Shown here piece after piece: positions 8,796-15,085 of a DNA stretch of 33,185 nt. A model generated the notes under the pieces. It had not been told where the DNA came from, made no database searches, and was given only the letters and a program-made list of their open reading frames with translations. The DNA is from an uncultured archaeon (GTDB lineage Archaea > Asgardarchaeota > Lokiarchaeia > Sigyniarchaeales > SOKP01): assembly GCA_964600195.1 (NCBI GenBank), contig CAZRIR010000001.1:1-33185 (forward strand), read 5' to 3'. The first letter of the stretch is position 1. Each line of letters starts with the position of its first letter. The translations under genes were made by a program, and so were the position numbers.

Positions 8796-9461
8796 ATGAC
8801 CATAATTACAACAAAAAAACCTTTTGAAGAAATTCTTGGAGCAATAAAAGATTTTAAGAAGATTACCATTGTTTCATGTAATTCTTGTGCGGCCATGTGT
8901 CAAACCGGGGGTGAAGAAGGAGCGAAAGAAATGGCAGAAAAATTAGAAGGCCAAGGATTTAGCGTTGTTTCAGTCATAGTTCCTGAAGAAGTATGTGATA
9001 ATCGAGTCATGCTCAAGGATTTCAGGAAAATTGATGAGGATTTAAATAATACGGATGCAATATTAACTCTAAGTTGTGGACTTGGAGTTGCTAGTATAAT
9101 AAATACGCTAGAAAAGAATCATCCTAACATTCCCGTATTCATCGGCACCAATACCGAGTTTATGGGGATGACAGAAAGAATTGGAAGGTTCTACATGCGA
9201 TGTAGGGGATGTGGCGACTGCTTGTTGAATGAAACGGGGGGAATTTGCCCCATAACCACCTGTGCCAAGTCACTCATGAATGGTCCTTGTGGGGGAATGG
9301 TAAAGGGCAAGTGTGAAGTGGGGAATTATGAACGAGATTGTGGATGGGTTTTAATTTATGAACGATTGAAACAGCTCGGAAGGTTGGATTTATTCTCAAA
9401 ATTGAGAGATCCTGTTGATTGGAGCGAATCAGGACATCAAAGAGAGGTTGTTTGGAGGTAG
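8796..9461 (+). CDS. metV: MetV-like protein (methylene-tetrahydrofolate reductase C-terminal domain, Cys-rich)
   Basis: C-terminal CRGCGDCLLNETGGICPITTCAKSLMNGPCGG...CEVG...CGW matches the MTHFR_C zinc/Fe-S domain. It lies immediately upstream of metF with a 6-nt gap. Confidence 0.75.
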   Translation: MTIITTKKPFEEILGAIKDFKKITIVSCNSCAAMCQTGGEEGAKEMAEKLEGQGFSVVSVIVPEEVCDNRVMLKDFRKIDEDLNNTDAILTLSCGLGVASIINTLEKNHPNIPVFIGTNTEFMGMTERIGRFYMRCRGCGDCLLNETGGICPITTCAKSLMNGPCGGMVKGKCEVGNYERDCGWVLIYERLKQLGRLDLFSKLRDPVDWSESGHQREVVWR

Positions 9462-9467
9462 AGGAAA

Positions 9468-10397
9468 ATGGCAGAAAAAAAAGTATTTTCAAAATTAGGA
9501 GAGGTACTTGCAAAAGGTGAGTTCGTTCTTACAGGCGAGCTCGAGCCTGAGAAGACGTGCGATCTTTCACACCTGGTTCAGGAAGCCAAGGAAATGGCCC
9601 CCTATGTCGTTGCAGCTAACGTCACTGACAGTCCATTGGGAATTGTGACCATCAACAGCCTTGCCGCTTGCGCAATCGTTCAAAGAGATGCCGGCTTGGA
9701 ATGCATCTGGCAACTAACCGTGAGAGATGTGAACAAGTTAGGGATCGCAGGAATGATAATGGGTGCGGAGGCGCTTGGCATTCATAACGTGCTTTCTTTG
9801 ACCGGCGATCATCCCAACATGGGAGACATGCCGGAATCAAAACCCGTCTTTGATCTCGACTCTGCCACGTTAGTAAAGCTCGTAAGAGAAATGGTAGATA
9901 CTGGAAGCATCAATAAGAAAGAAATCGAGCATCCACCCAAGCTACACGTGGGTGGGGCTGCAAATCCCAATTCCGATCCCATGGAAGCGGAAGCACTAAA
10001 GATAGGTCGTAAAGCTGAAGCCGGAGCGGAATTCATACAAACCCAAGTCGTTTACGACTTGGATAAAACCATAGAATTCTTGCAGGCGATCCAGAAATAC
10101 AAAGTTCCCGTCTTGCTTGGATTGTTTCCCATGAAAAGTTATGCCATTGCCAAGGGTTTTGACATGTTTGTTCCAGGAGTGGACGTGCCAAAGGACATCC
10201 TTGCCAAATGGAAGGGCATCAAGACAGACATTACGGACAAGAAGGATCAAAATGAAGCTTACGATCAAGCTAATTATGATTTTTTCAAACCTTTTGTAAC
10301 CGAACTGAAAGCGAAAAAGTTACTTGCAGGAGTGCACTGCATGGCAGTACATTATCCACGAATTTTCCCCAGACTAGTAGAAGTTATTAAAGGATGA
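9468..10397 (+). CDS. metF: 5,10-methylenetetrahydrofolate reductase (MetF family)
   Basis: 309 aa with an MTHFR TIM-barrel signature (LTGELEPEK..., VTDSPLG, QLTVRD, LSLTGDHP, FIQTQVVYD). It is markedly more GC-rich than its flanks. Confidence 0.9.
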   Translation: MAEKKVFSKLGEVLAKGEFVLTGELEPEKTCDLSHLVQEAKEMAPYVVAANVTDSPLGIVTINSLAACAIVQRDAGLECIWQLTVRDVNKLGIAGMIMGAEALGIHNVLSLTGDHPNMGDMPESKPVFDLDSATLVKLVREMVDTGSINKKEIEHPPKLHVGGAANPNSDPMEAEALKIGRKAEAGAEFIQTQVVYDLDKTIEFLQAIQKYKVPVLLGLFPMKSYAIAKGFDMFVPGVDVPKDILAKWKGIKTDITDKKDQNEAYDQANYDFFKPFVTELKAKKLLAGVHCMAVHYPRIFPRLVEVIKG

Positions 10398-10400
10398 TCC

Positions 10401-10428
10401 AAAAAAAAATTTTTTTTAAATTTTTTTT
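10401..10428 (+). terminator. Oligo-T tracts after metF (A9, T8, AAA, T8)
   Basis: Two T8 runs begin 13 nt after the metF stop. Archaeal intrinsic terminators are oligo-T tracts. Confidence 0.4.
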
Positions 10429-10570
10429 ATTAACATGAAAGCAAAAACAGCTCAGATTAGTTGATATAGGGGTAAGATAATTATATTCTTACATTTGAAA
10501 TTAGTAAATGTTTAAGAATTCGTAATAAAATAGAACTACATTCATTATATCAAAAAAGGAATAAAAAAAT

Positions 10571-10840
10571 TTATTGAGATACTTTTTTATCTTTTTCAAG
10601 ATCAATTTTTAGACTTTCAATCCATGATTCCAGATATTGAGCTTTAAATGAATTCTTATCTTTCATATTTTCAAGTTCTTGGGTTAATCCTTCAATGAAT
10701 TGTTCTTGTTTATCGATTTCAATCCATAAATATCCTTTAGAAAATTCAGATACAAACTCTGCTCTTGAATTTTTTTCCCTTTTTCCAACAAATTGATCCA
10801 TATCCATTCTTGTTAATGTTTGCATTTTTTTCTTCACCAA
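10571..10840 (-). CDS. Hypothetical coiled-coil protein (89 aa; alternative ATG at 10825)
   Basis: Open frame only. Charged helical sequence with no recognised motif. Confidence 0.35.
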   Translation of the reverse strand: MVKKKMQTLTRMDMDQFVGKREKNSRAEFVSEFSKGYLWIEIDKQEQFIEGLTQELENMKDKNSFKAQYLESWIESLKIDLEKDKKVSQ

Positions 10841-10917
10841 TATATTATTTTTTTTTAATACATGTTATCCTAATTAAGTAATCAGAAGTCCTCAATTTAA
10901 AATATTTGATAAGAAAA

Positions 10918-10944
10918 ATTTTTGTCAATTTGATAATTTTTTTT
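10918..10944 (+). repeat. Intergenic motif ATTTTTGTCAATTTGATAATTTTTTTT (copy A)
   Basis: Near-identical, with one T indel, to 11722-11749. The two copies bracket hdrC. Confidence 0.5.
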
Positions 10945-11129
10945 ATCATAAATAAATTTTAAAAAAAAAAATAGTCTTTTATTCTTCCTACGTAAAGATA
11001 TAAACTGTGAATTGAATACTATAATTCTAAAATAAGTAATTCACTTTCAAATTAAGTTTTGAACAACAATTTACAATAAATAATTGTAATTTATATGGCT
11101 TACTTGTGAAATAAGGAAAATATTGATTT

Positions 11130-11672
11130 TTAAATTTTAGAATTATTCATGAATTCAAGTTTTTCTGTAAGTTTTGTTGTTTCCAAAAGTTTTTTTACTT
11201 CAGCAATATCAGGTTGCATAATTTTTGGGAGACCCAACTGCTCACGCCTTTTTTCTATAGCAGGTTGCAAGGGAATTGCTTTTGCATTTTTAAAAATATT
11301 CATTGCTTGGAATGAATAATAATCGGGAGCCTCCCCTCTTTCAACACTCATGTTTTTTAAAATCGTGAAGATCTCGGTTAATTCTACTTTTTGCGGACAA
11401 ATCTCATCACAGGTATCACACGCGGTACACCCCCAAATATTAAAATTATCACCTACTCCAAATATCTTATGTTTCAAGCCTAATAATGCATCAAGTATTA
11501 AACGTCTTGGATTATATCTCCCCCCAGTTACCTGTGCCACGGGACAAGCCACAGAACAAGTAGCACATTGATAACAATAAGATAAAGTTGAACCTATATC
11601 ATTTTCAAGGATCTGATTTCTAAATTTAAAATCTATTGTAGCTATTTGATTTTCACCTAATCGATATCTGTT
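11130..11672 (-). CDS. hdrC: Heterodisulfide reductase subunit C-like 2x[4Fe-4S] protein
   Basis: CYQCATCSVACP (hand-translated upstream of the track start) and CTACDTCDEICP motifs, with RYNPRRLI between them as in HdrC. The open frame reaches 11672, but there is no ATG/GTG/TTG upstream of the first Cys motif. The track's GTG 11552 lies inside that motif. Confidence 0.7.
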   Translation of the reverse strand, partial: NRYRLGENQIATIDFKFRNQILENDIGSTLSYCYQCATCSVACPVAQVTGGRYNPRRLILDALLGLKHKIFGVGDNFNIWGCTACDTCDEICPQKVELTEIFTILKNMSVERGEAPDYYSFQAMNIFKNAKAIPLQPAIEKRREQLGLPKIMQPDIAEVKKLLETTKLTEKLEFMNNSKI

Positions 11673-11680
11673 TTAGACTA

Positions 11681-11699
11681 TGATCAAAAATTTTGATCA
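11681..11699. promoter_or_regulatory. Perfect palindrome TGATCAAAA-A-TTTTGATCA between the hdrC TATA-like box and the hdrC open frame
   Basis: 9-bp arms around a single central base, read directly from the sequence. Its position fits an operator over the transcription start. Confidence 0.35.
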
Positions 11700-11700
11700 A

Positions 11701-11722
11701 TATTTAAACAAAATGACAAAAT
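11701..11722 (-). promoter_or_regulatory. Twin promoter copy (minus strand reads ATTTTGTCATTTTGTTTAAATA) facing hdrC
   Basis: Exact reverse complement of 12036-12057. It contains a TTTAAATA TATA-like box about 30-50 nt upstream of the hdrC frame. Confidence 0.55.
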
Positions 11723-11749
11723 TTTTTTTGTCAATTTTGATAATTTTTA
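11722..11749 (+). repeat. Intergenic motif TTTTTTTTGTCAATTTTGATAATTTTTA (copy B)
   Basis: See copy A at 10918-10944. A shorter AATTGATAATT core also occurs at 21905-21917 and 6392-6402. Confidence 0.5.
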
Positions 11750-12035
11750 CAAAAAAAAATGCATCTCAAACAGAACTGAATCTAGACTCTAAAAAATGTA
11801 AACAAGGTTTTCTTGATAATAATAGAAAATTCAATAATTAGTAAGTCTATAGATTTCTCAATATTGGTCATTTTTTTTTCAGGAAATAAACAATTTTAAC
11901 CACAACCCTACCTATTATTAAATCATTTTTTAAAATATAAGCTAACCTTGGTCTAAACAGCAAAAAAATTGAGACTATAAATGGTATTATCTTCCTAAAA
12001 TTAGACTATCATATTTGTCAAAATAATAAAAAATT

Positions 12036-12057
12036 ATTTTGTCATTTTGTTTAAATA
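12036..12057 (+). promoter_or_regulatory. Twin promoter copy ATTTTGTCATTTTGTTTAAATA facing ORF 12106
   Basis: 22-nt perfect inverted copy of 11701-11722. The TATA-like box lies about 50 nt upstream of ATG 12106. Confidence 0.55.
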
Positions 12058-12105
12058 AATTTCAATTATCTTAAACATAATACAATCAGTAATATAAAAG
12101 AGGAT

Positions 12106-12705
12106 ATGATTTTCTTGGTAGTTACAAAAAATCAAACAAGTATTCAAAAATCGATGATCATATATTTGGTAGGATATGATAATAATGATTCAAATTTTGA
12201 TGATTTGAAAGAGATCTTTGGATTATTTAGAGATAGAATAGTAAATTATGCCACCTTCTATAGTACTGAAGATAATCCCATAACAATTAGAGATTCACCT
12301 CTTCCACGTCTATTAAAATCACATAATGTTCCTTTTTACCGAATACAAATACCAGAAAAAACAAGAATGTTCTATAATGAAAAGATTCAAACTATAAAAA
12401 AATACATGATGAAAGATCAAGAAGAATACGATCTTTTAGTGAATAAAAATTGTGCAAGAGGTCGTTATTTGAAATTTTGGAACGAGCTATATCAGAAAGA
12501 ACTAATGGAAATTAAAAAATTCTTTGAGCTCAAAATTAAACCTGTATATATCGCAGAGTCTATATTAGAACAGCTTGAAGGAATATTGGATGAAAATCTA
12601 CTGTTATTGCATTTTGGTGAAATCCAAACCTTTGGAGAGATAATGAAAACGATTAAATTAGTGAATTCAAAAATAGACATTTCCTATTTACATTATATGA
12701 GCTAG
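12106..12705 (+). CDS. Hypothetical protein, paralogue of ORFs 21190..21801 and 20434..21168 (distantly TraB/GumN-like?)
   Basis: Aligns by eye to ORF 21190: LKSHNVPFYRIQIPE vs LTQMNIKYFQVDIPE, EEYDLL vs EEYESM, LKFWNELYQKEL vs LKNWIDMLRDEI, LLLLHFGE vs VSFLHLVQ. Confidence 0.5.
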   Translation: MIFLVVTKNQTSIQKSMIIYLVGYDNNDSNFDDLKEIFGLFRDRIVNYATFYSTEDNPITIRDSPLPRLLKSHNVPFYRIQIPEKTRMFYNEKIQTIKKYMMKDQEEYDLLVNKNCARGRYLKFWNELYQKELMEIKKFFELKIKPVYIAESILEQLEGILDENLLLLHFGEIQTFGEIMKTIKLVNSKIDISYLHYMS

Positions 12706-12871
12706 GAAACTAATTGTAAAATAATTTTTTTTAAAAAAGATAAAAAACGTTCATTATAAGAGATTTTTAAAACTTTAGCTCAGGAAAAAATGGATTAAGA
12801 AAGAATTTCGAGATAAATAAGAAATTATAAAAATCAGGAGGGATTAAACAAAAAAAATTGGTGATCATGCA

Positions 12872-14818
12872 TTGGTTGTGAATACAAGTGATGGAAGTCG
12901 AATTTTCGTTGCAATTTGTCAATGAGGTTTAAATATTGCCGAAATTATTGATTGTAAGGAACTAGCAGGTTATTCAAAAACTCTTCCTAATGTCGTTAGT
13001 AGCGGAAACTATGTCAGTCTCTGTACTACAGCAGGAGCGTCATTCATCCAAGAAAACATGGAATCGAGCAAGGCAAATCGATTGATTATTGCGGCTTGAA
13101 CTCCAAAAACTCATGAGCCCGTATTTAAAACCATTCTTAAAAATACAGGGATTGATCCATCTTATTTGGAATTTGTAAATATAAGAGAACATTCATCATT
13201 CGTTCATAGAAACAATAAAAAAGGTGCCTTTCTTGTTGCTAAGGATTTGATAAGAGCTTCAGTTGCCAGAGCGACAAATTTAGAAAAAATAGAGATAAAA
13301 CAAGTTGATCTTACTAAAAAAACGCTAATAATAGGAGCAGGTGTTGCAGGCTTATCAGCGGCACTCGATTTAGCAGAATTAGGATATGATGTGTACATGG
13401 TTGAAAAAAGACCCAGCATTGGTGGTTTAATGGCCAAGCTTGATAGAACTTTTCCAACTGATGATTGCAGTATTTGAATATTAGGTCCTATCATGCTTAA
13501 AGTAGCGAATGTTCCCAATATTTACATATATACCTTCTCGGAAGTCGAAGATATCTCAGGATTTATAGGTAATTTTAAGGTCATTATTAGAAAAAAAGCA
13601 AGATATGTAACGGAAGATTGTAATGGTTGTGGAGCCTGCGTGGAAGCGTGTCCTGCATATGGTTATGATGAATTTAATGAGTGTTTAAATTCTAGAAAAG
13701 CAATATATACATATTTTGCCCAAGCAGTACCATCAATTGCACAAATTGACATGGAACGTTGCATTCAATGCGAAATCTGTAAAGATGTCTGTGAATTGAA
13801 TGCCATAGATTTTACTCAAAAAGATAGAATTGAGAATGCAAAAGTCGGTTCAATAATAGTAGCTACGGGTCTTGAAGTTCATAAGGGAAAAGAATATGGA
13901 AGGGGAAAATACGAAAATATAATCACTCAACTTGAATTGGAGAGGATTCTAGCTCCAAATGGTCCAACGGTAGGACATTTAGCAAGGCCTTCAGATGGAA
14001 AGCGACCTAAAAAGATATTATTCATTAATTGTGCCGGTTCAAGGGATCGAAATACCCATCCCTATTGTAGCGTTGTATGCTGTAATTTAACAGTTAAAAA
14101 TTCAAAGCTTATAAAATCTGAATACCCTGATACTGAGATTGTTGTAAGCTTCATTGACATGCGATGTGCAGGAAAAGATTATGAAGAATATTATACTCGT
14201 GCAAGAGATAGTGGTATCATTTTTCTTAGAGGTCATATTGGAAACATTACAGAAGATCCTAAATCAAAGGATCTTATCGTTCAAATCGAAGCGTTTACCA
14301 TGGATCGTTTCTTAGAGATGGAATTTGATCTTATTGTCTTATCATCAGCATCAATTCCATCGAAACATGCTAAAAAAATTGAAAAATTGTTAGGATTGGA
14401 GACGAGTCGAGATGGATTCTTTAAAGAAATGCATTCCCGTTTGGATGCAATTGATACAAAAATCCCAGGAATATGCATAGCAGGAGCAGCACAAGGGCCA
14501 AAATCGATACCTGATGCAATAACTCAAGGAAGAGCTGCAGCAGCATCATTAGCAAGTATAATGCACAAGGACACATATGAAATTCTTTTAGTGAGAGGAT
14601 ATATTGATAATGATTCATGCTCAAAATGTGGATTATGTCAATTGAATTGTCCTTATAATGCCATACAGATATCTAAAAGTCATGCGGAAGTCAATGAAAT
14701 TCTCTGTAAAGGATGCGGCACTTGTTTAGCAAATTGTCCATCCGAAGCAATTACCTTAAAATATTATAGAGAATCTCAATATGAAAATCAAATTGATTCA
14801 ATATTGTATGAATATTAA
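12872..14818 (+). CDS. hdrA: Heterodisulfide reductase subunit A with three in-frame UGA (selenocysteine) codons at 12923-12925, 13097-13099 and 13475-13477
   Basis: One continuous frame joins a hand-translated N-terminal part (SRIFVAICQ-U-GLNI...RLIIAA-U-TPKTHEP) with track ORFs 13166..13477 and 13493..14818. The only interruptions are TGA, each aligned to a Cys of the paralogue at 22176..24722. Also present: FAD motif IIGAGVAGLSAA and ferredoxin motifs CNGCGACVEACP, CIQCEICKDVC, CSKCGLCQLNCP, CKGCGTCLANCP. Start is uncertain (TTG 12872, GTG 12878, or near-cognate ATT 12857 after AGGAGGG). Confidence 0.85.
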
Positions 14819-14868
14819 AATTGAGTATAATCTAACAGTGAATAAATAATGCTAAATTGACAATCATT

Positions 14869-14942
14869 TAAACCCGTAAGAATGACTTAAATGAAAAAAT
14901 CGTGATCATTTGAGGACTCGCCCCCGCAAGGGAACGGGTTGT
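14869..14942 (+). promoter_or_regulatory. Candidate SECIS stem-loop in the hdrA 3' UTR
   Basis: AACCCGT (14871-14877) pairs perfectly with ACGGGTT (14934-14940). The interior holds CCC-GCAA-GGG (14923-14932) and AAUGA/UCAUU complements. It is the only GC-rich island in this AT-rich spacer and begins about 50 nt after the stop. Confidence 0.45.
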
Positions 14943-15085
14943 ATTAATATGATTTTAATATTAACTGAAATCCAATAAATGTTAATAGAAAGAATTTTAA
15001 AAATTTTCAAAAAAAAATTCACTATTTTTAATCGCTAATCATTAGAAAAAGAAATAAAATATATTTTTGAGTTTATTCTTTTATT

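Noticed and set aside
9274-10268. Minus-strand ORFs over metV/metF (9274..9513, 9652..9840, 9809..10036, 9996..10268)
   Set aside because: These are shadow ORFs created by the locally high G+C of a clearly coding plus strand. They have no motifs and overlap a strongly supported gene.
12867-12881. ATG at 12867 as the hdrA start
   Set aside because: It is in a different frame and stops after four codons (MHWL-TGA). The HdrA frame lacks an ATG, so TTG 12872 or GTG 12878 are listed instead, with stated uncertainty.
12923-13477. hdrA at 12872..14818 as a pseudogene carrying nonsense mutations
   Set aside because: All three interruptions are TGA, never TAA or TAG. Each aligns to a conserved Cys of the in-window paralogue. 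The frame is otherwise intact for about 648 codons with all cofactor motifs preserved. A structured GC-rich element follows the stop.
13204-13518. Minus-strand ORF 13204..13518 spanning the third TGA of hdrA
   Set aside because: It is antisense to the FAD-binding region of hdrA. It exists only because the sense strand is coding, and it has no independent support.
14881-14933. Reading the 3' UTR element as a clean eukaryote-type SECIS (AUGA ... GA kink-turn)
   Set aside because: AAUGA and a 3' GA are present. The helix that should follow the quartet pairs for only about 3 bp by hand (C86-G31, U87-G30, U88-A29). I leave the class undetermined rather than claim it.
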